A DNA stretch of 64,000 nt from Candidatus Latescibacterota bacterium (lineage in GTDB: Bacteria; Latescibacterota; UBA2968; UBA8231), in NCBI GenBank assembly GCA_965208105.1, contig OZ242318.1:3200001-3264000 (forward strand), written 5' to 3'. The notes under the pieces are model-generated. The model was not told the DNA's origin. It did not search any database and saw only the letters and a program-made list of their open reading frames with translations. Position numbers and translations under genes: made by a program. Below are positions 26,868-37,168 of this stretch, in pieces; positions within the stretch are counted from its first letter, which is position 1, and each line of letters begins with the position of its first letter.

Positions 26868-28175
26868 ATGAGGACGCAACCAACAGTCTTGTTCATTGCC
26901 TATCACTATCCGCCGGTCCGTTCGGCGGGGATTGAACGCACTGCCAAATTTCTGCACTACCTGCCCCGGTTTGGCTACAGGACCCGGGTTTTGACGACCT
27001 CTGCCTTTGGAGGAGCGCAGGACGACCAGGTGCTGCGCGCGTGGGAGCCCTTGAAGCTGTACCGCCGACTCTTCAACAATTTTGAAAAGTCGGGAGAGGT
27101 TCCATCTTATGTGCGCACCGACCCGGGTGTATTCAGAGGACTGATCAATGGTCTGCGGCACTGGGTGCTGATTCCCGATGTACAGGCCACATGGCTGCCA
27201 TTTGCCCTGACGCGCGCCTTGCATGCCTTGCGGAGCCGCCCACACCACCTCCTGTACTCTACCTTTCCACCGGCAAGTGCCCACCTTTTGGGTTTGCTGC
27301 TCAAAAGGCTCACCGGTCTTCCCTGGGTAGCGGATTTTCGGGATTCCTGGATCTACGATCCGCTTGATCCAGGGTTGTATGCCATGCCCTTCCGCCGGGC
27401 ATTGGAGCAGCGTTTGGAAGGGGCCGTGGTGCGGGGAGCGAATGCCGTGGTGGCGGCTACGGAGGTGAGTGCGGCTTATTTGCGCCAGACCTATCCCGAA
27501 GCCGCCGGCGCCATGGAAGTCATACCCAATGGCTTTGAGCCCGAGATAGTTGGTCCGGCCAGCTCCGTATCCGGGCAGGACCCGCTGTACATCGTTCATA
27601 CAGGTTCCTTTTCATCCAGCCATCCACGGCGCACGCCGCAGCCGATGCTGACAGCCCTGCAGGGCCTGCTCGACGAAGACCCGGCCTGGGCTCGACGCCT
27701 GCGGCTGGTACTGGTGGGCAACCTCAGCCGCGCCGAGCGCCGGGCTGCAACTCCCCTGGAACAGGCCGGGATCGTGCAGGTCGAAGGACCACAAGGGCCC
27801 GTTGTCGTTTCTGCCTGGCAGAAGCGGGCACATGTTCTGCTGCTGGTGGATCACGTCCGGGACTGGCCCTCTTCCAACGTGCCGACCAAGTTCTACGAGT
27901 ACCTCGGAGCTCGACGTCCAATTCTGGCCCTGTGCGGCCCTGGAATGGTCGAGAGGATGGTCAGGGAATTGAAGGCTGGATTCCACGTGGCAGGAGACGA
28001 TTCCCGGGCCATCCGTCGGGTACTGGTAAAGATCTATGAACTCTTTCGGAGGGATGCACTGAAGGTGGACGTGGACGGGAGAAGGCTGCGCCGGTTTCAC
28101 CGGCGCGATTTGACCCGGGCCCTGGCCCTGTGCTTCGACCGCGTTCTCGAATCTTCGGGTGCGGAGAAGGTATGA
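26868..28175 (+). CDS. Glycosyltransferase family 4
   Basis: AYHYPP, WVADFRDSW, IPNGF, PTKFYEYL. Confidence 0.88.
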   Translation: MRTQPTVLFIAYHYPPVRSAGIERTAKFLHYLPRFGYRTRVLTTSAFGGAQDDQVLRAWEPLKLYRRLFNNFEKSGEVPSYVRTDPGVFRGLINGLRHWVLIPDVQATWLPFALTRALHALRSRPHHLLYSTFPPASAHLLGLLLKRLTGLPWVADFRDSWIYDPLDPGLYAMPFRRALEQRLEGAVVRGANAVVAATEVSAAYLRQTYPEAAGAMEVIPNGFEPEIVGPASSVSGQDPLYIVHTGSFSSSHPRRTPQPMLTALQGLLDEDPAWARRLRLVLVGNLSRAERRAATPLEQAGIVQVEGPQGPVVVSAWQKRAHVLLLVDHVRDWPSSNVPTKFYEYLGARRPILALCGPGMVERMVRELKAGFHVAGDDSRAIRRVLVKIYELFRRDALKVDVDGRRLRRFHRRDLTRALALCFDRVLESSGAEKV

Positions 28176-29470
28176 TTTCCAGGGCGATGATCCTGGCGAG
28201 GGCAAGGTGGCCGCAGGGATGTCCATGGCCCTGGATTCTTTTTTTCACGGCGCTCAGCGCACGCCTCATATATATCCTCCAGGGGCATGAAGTCCCTCCT
28301 CAGGACACTCCCGACTACGACGAGATTGCATTGAACCTGCTTCGAGGAGAGGGTTTTGTGGCGCGCCAGAACTGGTTCGGATACGAGATGCGTTCATGGC
28401 GCCCGCCTTTCTATCCCTTTTTTCTGGCTTCAATTTACCAGCTGGCAGGCTATAGCCACTTGGCCGTGAAGGTTGCTCAGGCCCTGGTGGGCGCGGGCTC
28501 GGTGGTGCTTGTTTACGAGCTGGCTGGAAAGTTGCGGCCGCAAATCGCACCGACAGCCGGACTTTGCGCCGCCTTCTACGGTCCGCTGGTAGCCAGCGCA
28601 AACGAGGTCATGAGCGAGGTCTGGTTCACCTTCTGGATATTGCTTGCAGCCTGGCGGCTGGTGGGAGCCATGGAAGGCGGCAGGGGAACCAGAGTCAATT
28701 ATCTGGCCGGTGGAGCGGCCATTGGAATGGCAGCCCTGACCCGACCGGTGGGCTTGATTTTTTTCCCGGCGTTTGTCATGACAGCCGTCCTGCGGTTCCG
28801 CCATAGGGCACTGTGCCGAAGTTTCTGGGTGGCGCTTGCGCTCGTGATCGTGGTAATTCCCTGGACATGGCGCAACTATCAGGTTCACGGGGAGTGGGTT
28901 CCCATTTCCACTCACGGGGGATTCATCGTTGGCGGAAGCAACGCGTCGGACCCCGACTGGCGGCAGGACCGGGGCTGGGGCATCGAAAGGACATTTTTTG
29001 AAGAAATCCCCGGAGAAGTGGAGCGCGACCGCCACTGGTACCGACAGGGGGTGGATTTCGCAACCTCCAATCCCGGGGCTTATCTGCGCCTGGCAGGTGA
29101 GCGCTTTTTGCGCTTCTGGTACTTTCTGACCCCGGATTACAATTTCTGGTTCATGTCGGTATTGCCCTTCTTCCTTGCCGGTGTCTACCGCTATTGGAGC
29201 AAGGGGGGGTTCCTGCTGCTGAGCAGTTTTTCAGCTCTGTCTATCTTCGTTTTCACCTTCGTCCTCTACGGGTCGACCCGGTTCCGGCTTCCGCTGGAGC
29301 CCCTGTTTATAATTTTTGCCGCCGCATTTTTGCATCGATACCTGGCCGGCGGTTCCCGGGCAAGGATTGTCGCCTCTTTCATCGTTTGCGCCAACGTTTT
29401 GCTTTTTTCCTTCGATGAAACCTTGCGCACAGTCGTTCTGCATTTTCTACGCGGGTGGGACCTGAAATGA
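28172..29470 (+). CDS. GT-C (ArnT/PMT-like) membrane glycosyltransferase
   Basis: DTPDY, RPPFYP, MSE, LTRP, PWTWRNY, RFRLP; multiple transmembrane helices. Confidence 0.8.
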   Translation: MISRAMILARARWPQGCPWPWILFFTALSARLIYILQGHEVPPQDTPDYDEIALNLLRGEGFVARQNWFGYEMRSWRPPFYPFFLASIYQLAGYSHLAVKVAQALVGAGSVVLVYELAGKLRPQIAPTAGLCAAFYGPLVASANEVMSEVWFTFWILLAAWRLVGAMEGGRGTRVNYLAGGAAIGMAALTRPVGLIFFPAFVMTAVLRFRHRALCRSFWVALALVIVVIPWTWRNYQVHGEWVPISTHGGFIVGGSNASDPDWRQDRGWGIERTFFEEIPGEVERDRHWYRQGVDFATSNPGAYLRLAGERFLRFWYFLTPDYNFWFMSVLPFFLAGVYRYWSKGGFLLLSSFSALSIFVFTFVLYGSTRFRLPLEPLFIIFAAAFLHRYLAGGSRARIVASFIVCANVLLFSFDETLRTVVLHFLRGWDLK

Positions 29471-30435
29471 GCTCCTTCGAGTCCGAATGCCCCTTGCTGT
29501 CGATCTGCATCCTCAACTGGAATACGGAAGAACTTTTAAAGGACTGTTTAAATTCGGTTTACAACGATTATAGCAAAGGAGAATGGGAGGTTCTGGTCGT
29601 CGACAATGCCTCTGAAGACCACAGTGTCGCAATGGTCGAGGCAGAGTTCCCGCTGGTCCGCCTCATTGTCACCAGGGAGAATGTGGGCTTTGCCAGAGGC
29701 AACAATCTCGCCCTGGAAAAAGCCAGGGGCAAGTATCTGCTGCTGCTCAATCCGGACACCCGGTTGGAGACAGGTTCTGTGGCGAAACTGGTCGCCTTTC
29801 TGGAAAGTCATCCGGAGGTCGGGGTTGCAGGTCCCAAACTCCTGAACGAGGACGGATCGCTGCAGTTATCATGCGGCGTAGCTCCAAGTTTGAGGACCGA
29901 AATCGTCAATAAATTATTGTTGCACAACTTATTCCCCTTCTTTAAATTGGGCCGTTGGAACCACAGCGAAATCCGGGCTGTAGGATGGGTGGCGGGGGCC
30001 TGTTTCATGGTGCGCAGGAGGGTGGTCGAAGAGGTCGGGCCTCTGGATCCGAAAATCTTCATGTGCTACGAGGACCTCGAGTGGTGCATGCGGATCGGCC
30101 AGGCGGGCTGGAAGATTTTCTACTATCCCCGCAGCCGGATTCTCCACTTGGAAGGCCGGAGTATTCAGAAGGATTTCAGGCGAATACTCGTCGTCAGCCA
30201 GCAGAGCCTTTTCTATCTATTTCAGAAGCATTTCAGCCTCTCTCACTTGTACATATTGCGCCTGCTGACGGTGGTGGAAATGGTGTTGCGCATTATGATA
30301 TGGGCTCACTTTTTTCTCCTGTTGCCAGGACGCCGGGAAGAAGGAAGGAAGCGTCTCCATGCCTATGGGGAGATTTTGTTCAGAAGTATTGCGGAAAAAG
30401 CGTATTGGGCGCCTCTAGGAGGTCCCAGGAACTGA
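29467..30435 (+). CDS. Glycosyltransferase family 2
   Basis: VVDNASED, NVGFARGNN, LLNPD, FMCYED. Confidence 0.9.
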   Translation: MSSFESECPLLSICILNWNTEELLKDCLNSVYNDYSKGEWEVLVVDNASEDHSVAMVEAEFPLVRLIVTRENVGFARGNNLALEKARGKYLLLLNPDTRLETGSVAKLVAFLESHPEVGVAGPKLLNEDGSLQLSCGVAPSLRTEIVNKLLLHNLFPFFKLGRWNHSEIRAVGWVAGACFMVRRRVVEEVGPLDPKIFMCYEDLEWCMRIGQAGWKIFYYPRSRILHLEGRSIQKDFRRILVVSQQSLFYLFQKHFSLSHLYILRLLTVVEMVLRIMIWAHFFLLLPGRREEGRKRLHAYGEILFRSIAEKAYWAPLGGPRN

Positions 30436-30450
30436 ACTTGGAGATATTCC

Positions 30451-31602
30451 TTGGAAGAGCGCATTCAGATATTTAAACCCTGGTTTGAGCAGGATGAATA
30501 CGAGGCTTTGCGCGAGCCGCTTCGAACGGGCTGGTTGGGAACGGGCCCCAAGGTGCATGAATTTGAAATACGCTTTGCTGAATATGTCGGCGTGAAACAC
30601 GCCGTCGCCCTCAATTCGGCTACTGCAGCTCTGCATTTGGCGATGCTGGTTACCGGTGTAGAAGGCAGGGAAGTACTGACTACCTCCATGACCTTTGTGT
30701 CCAGCAATCATGCCATCCGTTACGCCGACGGTTATCCTGTTTTTTGCGATATCGAGGAAGACACCTTGAATTTGGACGCCGGCAAAATAGAGGCGAAGAT
30801 CTCAGAACAGGCGAGGGCGATTCTGGTGGTTCACTACGGAGGCCATGCCTGTGACATGGATCCCATCATCGAAATCGCCCGCAAATTCGACCTGGCTGTA
30901 ATCGAAGACGTCGCCCAGGCTTGTGGAGGCAGCTATCGTGGCCGCAAATTGGGCGGTATAGGGGATATAGGCTGCTTCAGCTTCGAGTCCAAGAAGAATT
31001 TGTCCACAGGCGATGGCGGCATGTTGACGACCAACGACGACATAGTGGCCGAAAGGGTGAGACGCCTGAAGTGGATGGGCATATCACGCGGTACCTGGGA
31101 GCGATTCCACGGCCTGAAGCCCGGTCGGTCCTGGGAATACGACGTGACCGAATTCGGATTCAAATACCAGATGAACGACATCGCCGGTTCACTGGGATTG
31201 GTGCAATTGGGAAAGTTGGACCAGGGCAACGCCATGCGCCGAAAGTTGCTGGACCGCTACCGCGAGGCGTTCGCTCAGTTGGACGGCGTAGAGCTGCTGG
31301 CGCAGAGAGATTACGCAGGAAACGCCTGCTACTCCGCCGTGATTCAGCTGAACGAACGCGATGCTCTGTGTGATTTTCTTGCCGCACGGGGCATCGAATC
31401 CGGAGTGCACTTCTACCCAAGTCACCTGTATTCAATTTACCAACCTTACAATTCGGCTCCACTGCCAGTCACAGAGGCGGTGTGGGAGCGCATCCTGACA
31501 TTGCCACTCTATCCCCAACTGACAGAAGAACAGCAGAATAGAGTCATCGCCGCCGTGAAGAGTTTCTCTGCCGACCGCCGAGAAGTAGCGCAACGGGCGT
31601 AA
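30451..31602 (+). CDS. DegT/DnrJ/EryC1/StrS sugar aminotransferase
   Basis: NSATAALHL, VHYGG, IEDVAQ, FSFESKKNLSTGDGG (PLP lysine), LTLPLYP. Confidence 0.92.
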   Translation: MEERIQIFKPWFEQDEYEALREPLRTGWLGTGPKVHEFEIRFAEYVGVKHAVALNSATAALHLAMLVTGVEGREVLTTSMTFVSSNHAIRYADGYPVFCDIEEDTLNLDAGKIEAKISEQARAILVVHYGGHACDMDPIIEIARKFDLAVIEDVAQACGGSYRGRKLGGIGDIGCFSFESKKNLSTGDGGMLTTNDDIVAERVRRLKWMGISRGTWERFHGLKPGRSWEYDVTEFGFKYQMNDIAGSLGLVQLGKLDQGNAMRRKLLDRYREAFAQLDGVELLAQRDYAGNACYSAVIQLNERDALCDFLAARGIESGVHFYPSHLYSIYQPYNSAPLPVTEAVWERILTLPLYPQLTEEQQNRVIAAVKSFSADRREVAQRA

Positions 31603-31640
31603 CCGCTGGATTCCTCCCTGGTCAATCAACTGATTGAAGC

Positions 31641-32753
31641 ATGAAAGTGCTCTTCGTGACGCAATACGGCATGTTGGCGGCGAGCAGTCGAACCCGGGTG
31701 TTTCAGTACCTTCCCTACCTGCAGCGCAAAGGCATTCACACCCGGCAGATTACCGTTTTGCCCGACAGCGGGATCGCCGGGTCGCAGATCCTGGTCACCA
31801 GCAACCGCTGGAGCAAGCTGGCCTATTACCTCTGGGCATCGTACCGCACCTTGATCTGCGGGTTGCAGGCCTGGTGGAATGCCAGATCCTCCGATCTGAT
31901 CTTCGTCCAGAAGGTCATCTTTCCCCTGCCGGTTCGGTGGCTGTTGTGGTGGCGCAGGCCTCCCATGGCCTTTGATTTTGACGACGCGATCTTTTCTTCC
32001 GAAGTAAGGCGGCCGAACTGGCTTTCATCCTGGAAGCAGCGACGCAACGCGGTTGGACTGCCAGCCATGTTGCGGCTGGCCGACCGGGTGATCGTTGAAA
32101 ATGACTATACTGCCCGCTACGCCCTGCGGTACTGTGGCGGGGTATCGATAATCACGGGTCCAGTGGATACGGATCGTTTCTGTGAGGCTGCAAACGGCAG
32201 GGCTGCGGCGGGGGAGGTGGTGCTTGGATGGATTGGCAGTGCCAGCACCCAGTCGTACCTGAACCTGATTCGCGAACCGCTTGCCCGCGTCGGCAGGCGA
32301 TTCGACAATGTGAGGCTGAGGTTGGTGGGAGCAGAACCTACGGCATTGGAGGGGATCCCGGTCGAATTCATGGCCTGGAGCCTTGAGGAGGAAGTGGGGC
32401 ATTTGCGGGGTTTTGACGTGGGGCTCATGCCCGTACCCGACGATCCCTGGACGCGCGGAAAAGGCGGCTACAAGCTCCTCCAGTACATGGCTACCGGATT
32501 ACCGGTGGTTGCCAGCCCGGTGGGAATCAATCGGCAGATTGTGAGCGACGGGAAGAATGGATTCTGGGCTTGCAGTCCAAATGAATGGGAGAGGTGCCTT
32601 TCACGCCTCATCGAGGACCCCCGGCTGCGCCGTGAAATGGGGAGTCAGGGACGCGCGACGATAGAAGAGAGGTATGCGCTGAAATCAAGTTGCCATCGCC
32701 TGTTGATGATACTGAGAGAAATGGCACGTGGGGGAAGAGGTGAGCAAAGCTGA
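31641..32753 (+). CDS. Glycosyltransferase family 4
   Basis: ASSRTR, FDFDDAI, GWIGS, GKGGYKLLQYMA..PVVASPVG. Confidence 0.9.
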   Translation: MKVLFVTQYGMLAASSRTRVFQYLPYLQRKGIHTRQITVLPDSGIAGSQILVTSNRWSKLAYYLWASYRTLICGLQAWWNARSSDLIFVQKVIFPLPVRWLLWWRRPPMAFDFDDAIFSSEVRRPNWLSSWKQRRNAVGLPAMLRLADRVIVENDYTARYALRYCGGVSIITGPVDTDRFCEAANGRAAAGEVVLGWIGSASTQSYLNLIREPLARVGRRFDNVRLRLVGAEPTALEGIPVEFMAWSLEEEVGHLRGFDVGLMPVPDDPWTRGKGGYKLLQYMATGLPVVASPVGINRQIVSDGKNGFWACSPNEWERCLSRLIEDPRLRREMGSQGRATIEERYALKSSCHRLLMILREMARGGRGEQS

Positions 32754-33588
32754 AACAGTTGAAAATGCATTTACCGTCGATTTGGAGGACTGGTACCAGG
32801 GCCTGGAAATCGATATGTCAGGGTGGAATGGCTTCGAGGACCGCTTGTGGGTTGGTGTCCGGAAACTATTGGACCTCCTGGATGAGTTCGGCGTGAGCGC
32901 TACTTTCTTCGCGCTGGGATATGCAGCTGAACGCGCCCCCGAACTGGTTCGAGAAATCCATGCACGTGGCCACGAGATCGGCACTCACGGCTATGGGCAT
33001 CAGTTTGTCTACAAGATGGGCAAAGAGGCTTTTCGCCGGGATCTATGCCGTTCTCTGGAGGTACTGGACGGGATACTGAAGGTTCCCATCAAGGGATATC
33101 GCGCGCCTTTTTTCTCGATCACCCGTACCGCTGAATGGGCTTTCGACGTAATGAGGGACGCAGGCATCGCATACGATTCGAGCGTTTTTCCGGTCTATAA
33201 CTATCGCTACGGAATGGCGGGCGCTCCGCGCTGGATTTACCAGGCGCGGAATGGCCTGACCGAATTTCCCCTTTCCACCTATCGGTTCGGGAGCCATAAT
33301 TTCCCCTTGGGCGGAGGTGCCTACTTCCGTATATTTCCGTATAATATTACCAAATACGCCATGCGCCAAATAAATGCCGGTAAAAGGGCTGTGGTTTTTT
33401 ATATTCATCCCTGGGAACTCGATCCAGAACATCCCCGTCTGGATTTACCGCGGCGCATAAGCCTGCCCCATTACTGGAACCTTGATGGAACCGAGAAGCG
33501 CATCCGGAAGATGATGAGCGAGTTCAGCTTTACCTCCATGAGCAAGGTCTTGGAAATGCACTCCCATGCCCTTGAAAACCCGGGATAA
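32740..33588 (+). CDS. Polysaccharide deacetylase (DUF3473 / exosortase-locus type)
   Basis: FTVDLEDWY, GHEIGTHG, GYRAPFFS, GGGAYFR, YIHPWELD. Confidence 0.88.
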   Translation: MSKAETVENAFTVDLEDWYQGLEIDMSGWNGFEDRLWVGVRKLLDLLDEFGVSATFFALGYAAERAPELVREIHARGHEIGTHGYGHQFVYKMGKEAFRRDLCRSLEVLDGILKVPIKGYRAPFFSITRTAEWAFDVMRDAGIAYDSSVFPVYNYRYGMAGAPRWIYQARNGLTEFPLSTYRFGSHNFPLGGGAYFRIFPYNITKYAMRQINAGKRAVVFYIHPWELDPEHPRLDLPRRISLPHYWNLDGTEKRIRKMMSEFSFTSMSKVLEMHSHALENPG

Positions 33589-34255
33589 AAATTCAGAAGG
33601 TCGCGGCGAGGAGGTCCGGCGTTACTTTGATGGAACGGCCGCCGCGCGTTTTGATGTAATTTATCAGGACGAAAAAAGGCTTCTCCAAAAGCTGGTCGAC
33701 CGGCTTTTCCGCGATGTGGTGCATCGCCGGTTCCAATTGACCTTTGAGTTATGCCGGGAAATTGAAGGCAGCAGGGTACTGGATATCGGCTGTGGTTCCG
33801 GGCGCTATGCTGTGGAATTTGCCCGTCGAGGGGCCGAGGTGGTGGGTCTCGATTTTTCCTCCACAATGGTCGAAATGGCCAGGCGGGCGGCCGAGGCAGC
33901 TGGAGTAGAGGATCGATGCAGATTTGAGGTTGGAAATTTCCGAAACTGGTGCGATCCTCACCACTTCGATATCTGTCTGGCAATCGGGTTTTTTGACTAT
34001 GTCGAAGATCCAGGAATCTTCCTGAGGAAGATCCACGAAATTGTGCATGGACAGGTCGTTTTTTCCTTTCCCATACGCTGGACATTGCGATCATTGACGC
34101 GGTGGATGCGCCTTAGCCTGAATGGCTGTCCGGTATTCTTCTATGACCAGAGGCAAGTTGTTCAACTGGTTGAGGATGCAGGTTGGGAATCCCCTCAGGT
34201 CAACCGCCTTAGCCGGGACTATCTGGTTCACGGACGAACGGACCGGCTCTGTTAA
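33566..34255 (+). CDS. Class I SAM-dependent methyltransferase
   Basis: VLDIGCGSG motif I. Confidence 0.85.
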   Translation: MPLKTRDKNSEGRGEEVRRYFDGTAAARFDVIYQDEKRLLQKLVDRLFRDVVHRRFQLTFELCREIEGSRVLDIGCGSGRYAVEFARRGAEVVGLDFSSTMVEMARRAAEAAGVEDRCRFEVGNFRNWCDPHHFDICLAIGFFDYVEDPGIFLRKIHEIVHGQVVFSFPIRWTLRSLTRWMRLSLNGCPVFFYDQRQVVQLVEDAGWESPQVNRLSRDYLVHGRTDRLC

Positions 34256-34288
34256 CCGAATCAGGAAATAGATGATGGGACTAAACTT

Positions 34289-35254
34289 ATGAGGATTCTG
34301 GTTACCGGGGGTGCCGGTTTTATCGGATCGCATTTGGCGGAGCGCCATCTGAACATGGGGGACGAGGTTGCAGTCATCGACAATCTCTCCACTGGCAGCA
34401 TCACCAATATTCAGCATCTGGAGAAATTCGGGCGATTCAAGTGCGTCATTGACGATGTTCTGAATGTGGAGGTGATGCGCGAACTGGTTGATGGATGCGA
34501 ATTGATCTACCACCTGGCTGCCGCGGTGGGGGTTGATTTCATTATCGACAACCCTCTTCTCTCCTTGACTACTAATATCCGGGGCACTGAAATAGTTCTC
34601 GAGTTGGCCAACACCAAGAAAAAAAAGGTCGTCCTTGCCTCCACTTCCGAGATTTACGGAAAGAAGAACGGGCACGTGCCTTTCAGAGAGGACAGCGATC
34701 GGATCCTGGGGCCGACAACGGTGATCCGGTGGCATTATTCCACCTCCAAGGCCGTTGATGAATTGTACGCCCTGGCTTACTGGCGCGAGAAACGGCTTCC
34801 CTGTGTCATCGTCCGACCTTTCAACATCATCGGACCGCGGCAAACCGGAGACTACGGCATGGTGGTCCCTCGATTCATCAAACAGGCTTTGTTGGGGCAC
34901 CCCATCACAGTAAATGGAGACGGGGAACAGCGTCGTTGCTGGACCTATATTGACGATGCCCTGGATGGACTGATTGCTCTCGCCATGAGCGACAGGGCCG
35001 TGGGAGAAATATTCAATTTGGGATCCCACTTCGAGTTGAGCATCAAGGACCTGGCTTACAAGGTCAAAGAGTTGACTGGCAGTGAGTCGGAGGTTGAATT
35101 CATCCCTTATGAGCAGGCGTGGCCCAAGGGGACTTATGAAGATCTGTTGTACCGCACGCCAAATCTGGAGAAGATTCGCAGGTGCGTGGGTTACGATCCA
35201 AAAATCGATCTGGACGAAGCGTTTTCCAGACTCATCGAACACTACGAGCGGTGA
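34289..35254 (+). CDS. NAD-dependent nucleotide-sugar epimerase/dehydratase
   Basis: TGGAGFIG, HLAAAVG, STSEIYG, YSTSK. Confidence 0.92.
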   Translation: MRILVTGGAGFIGSHLAERHLNMGDEVAVIDNLSTGSITNIQHLEKFGRFKCVIDDVLNVEVMRELVDGCELIYHLAAAVGVDFIIDNPLLSLTTNIRGTEIVLELANTKKKKVVLASTSEIYGKKNGHVPFREDSDRILGPTTVIRWHYSTSKAVDELYALAYWREKRLPCVIVRPFNIIGPRQTGDYGMVVPRFIKQALLGHPITVNGDGEQRRCWTYIDDALDGLIALAMSDRAVGEIFNLGSHFELSIKDLAYKVKELTGSESEVEFIPYEQAWPKGTYEDLLYRTPNLEKIRRCVGYDPKIDLDEAFSRLIEHYER

Positions 35255-35420
35255 GAAGTGAAACTCTGGCAGGATTCAAGGGTTATGGCAGGAATTTCCA
35301 TTTTTGTTTCCTGGGAAGGCCCCTGAGGATAGTGGCTGTTCTTCCGGGGCGGTTGTGCCTGCCAGAATAAGCGAAGATTCGGTTTTGGATCAGGGTGACC
35401 GGAGACCTGATCTTGCGCTT

Positions 35421-35921
35421 TCACCTCAGGTGTCTCAGCAGGCGCGGAATGGCAAACCACCGCAATTGGCCTTGTGCCTCGTGGACCTGTTCCCAACCGG
35501 TAATGTCCAGGCTGAGCGCCGCCAAACCGGCCGTGGGAAGGCGGAGGTCGGCTCCACAAAGCAGGCTGATCCATTCTTCCAGCCCCGGATTGTGGCCGAC
35601 GATCAAGGCAGAATTGGCCCGGTCGGGCAGATTTGCCGCCGCTGCGGACAAGCCTGCAGGGGAGGCCAGATACAGGCGGTCTTCGCAGCAAAATTTCCCT
35701 GCCTCGATTTTCAGGGCCCTGGCCATTGCCGCGGCCGTTCGTTCAGCCCGTACGGCAGAGGAGCTGAGGATCAGGTCCGGAGGATTCTCCGCCGATGCCA
35801 GCAAGTTCGCCATGCAGGTCAGGTCTTTGCGGCCGCGTTTGCTCAATGGCCGATCGAAATCGTCGGCAATGGACGGCGGATAGTCCGACTTTGCGTGGCG
35901 CATGACCAGCAAGCTTTTCAT
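35421..35921 (-). CDS. SixA-like histidine phosphatase
   Basis: MRHAKS, DFDRPL, SSAVRA, VGHNPG. Confidence 0.88.
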   Translation of the reverse strand: MKSLLVMRHAKSDYPPSIADDFDRPLSKRGRKDLTCMANLLASAENPPDLILSSSAVRAERTAAAMARALKIEAGKFCCEDRLYLASPAGLSAAAANLPDRANSALIVGHNPGLEEWISLLCGADLRLPTAGLAALSLDITGWEQVHEAQGQLRWFAIPRLLRHLR

Positions 35922-36076
35922 GTTGGACAGGCTCCCGAGGTTGGCACAGGAGTGTTGCAGGGCGGTTAAGGATGTAGTTGCGTTGGTGGGGCCGGGGTGG
36001 TAATTTTTACAGAAGTTTCCAACAAAATTGTTTATTTTTCCTTCCGGGTGCAACATTGAAGTAGAGGGAAATAGGA

Positions 36077-37147
36077 ATGGGCAGTCAGCCTGTTGAAGTC
36101 AACCTGGACATAAATCCCAAAACCCGGTTTGAGATAATCGATGTGGCGCGCAAGATCAGAGACGCTACTGACGGTGCTTGGGAGAGTTTCCCCAAGGTTC
36201 AATACTGTTCTTTTCACACCACGGCAGGCTATTTGGAACAAGGCGTCTGCGCTCGCCTTGGCCATAGCAGGAAGCAACTGGACCCCCTTTTCCGCTTCAT
36301 TCAGAAGATCTTCCCGCAAAATGCGGGGTACTTCCACGACCGCATACAGTTGCGAAATGAGCTCAGCGAAAGCGAGAAGGAGACCGAGCCGCCCAACGCC
36401 GATTCACACCTGACCTTCATCAGTGCAGGATTGAAGAACTGCGTCACCTACATCAACAAGCCTGAGCAACCGGTCTATTTCATCGAACTTGACGGGGTTT
36501 ACAAGAAGAACCGCAGGAAGCGGCACACTACCGCACTGGCATATAATGAGGCCGAGATTGTCCATCGCGAAAGAGTGGCCATTCCCGTAGACTCCGATCA
36601 TGTGATCAATTCGTTCAACCTCAAGGATTCGCGCTACGGACTCTTCGAACAGTTGGGGGAATGGCTGCAGGCGCACGGAGTCGAAAAGGGCCGCATCGAT
36701 ATCCGCCTGGCCGCCGAGGAACGCCATGCCGGCCTGATGGTAAACGAGTATGAGACCTTGCTGATGCGCAATGATCTGCCAAAGGTAGTGCAAGATCCCC
36801 TGAGTTATATGGTTCGGCGGGGAAAGAAGTTGCTGCGCCGGCCAGGAACAATTCCAGTCAAGACTCGCAACTATGCGGTTTACGACTTGATTCACCTCTA
36901 CAATGAGTTTATGGATACTGTCCCCGTCGGGCGTTCGCTGGTAGATAAAATTGTTTCGGTGCTGTCTACGCCTGCTTCCCGTTTCCTGCGGTTGAAACGT
37001 CACGCCAGCCTGTTGGTTTCCAACAGCGAAGAGACGGGCCCCGATCACATCGTTCTTGGCAGGTACCAAAGTCCCATTCTCGTGCAGCATCATCCGGCGG
37101 ACAGAGGATTTCGCTATCTGGATATTACCCTGCGGCGCTTCAAGTAG
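36077..37147 (+). CDS. Hypothetical protein with YjbQ/UPF0047-like N-terminal half
   Basis: FEIIDV, HTTAG, YFHD, NADSHL, FIELDG..R.R resemble YjbQ; second half looks like a degenerate repeat (HAGLMVNEYE, LGRYQS). Confidence 0.6.
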   Translation: MGSQPVEVNLDINPKTRFEIIDVARKIRDATDGAWESFPKVQYCSFHTTAGYLEQGVCARLGHSRKQLDPLFRFIQKIFPQNAGYFHDRIQLRNELSESEKETEPPNADSHLTFISAGLKNCVTYINKPEQPVYFIELDGVYKKNRRKRHTTALAYNEAEIVHRERVAIPVDSDHVINSFNLKDSRYGLFEQLGEWLQAHGVEKGRIDIRLAAEERHAGLMVNEYETLLMRNDLPKVVQDPLSYMVRRGKKLLRRPGTIPVKTRNYAVYDLIHLYNEFMDTVPVGRSLVDKIVSVLSTPASRFLRLKRHASLLVSNSEETGPDHIVLGRYQSPILVQHHPADRGFRYLDITLRRFK

Positions 37148-37168
37148 AAAGCCTAGGACGGCGGGCAG

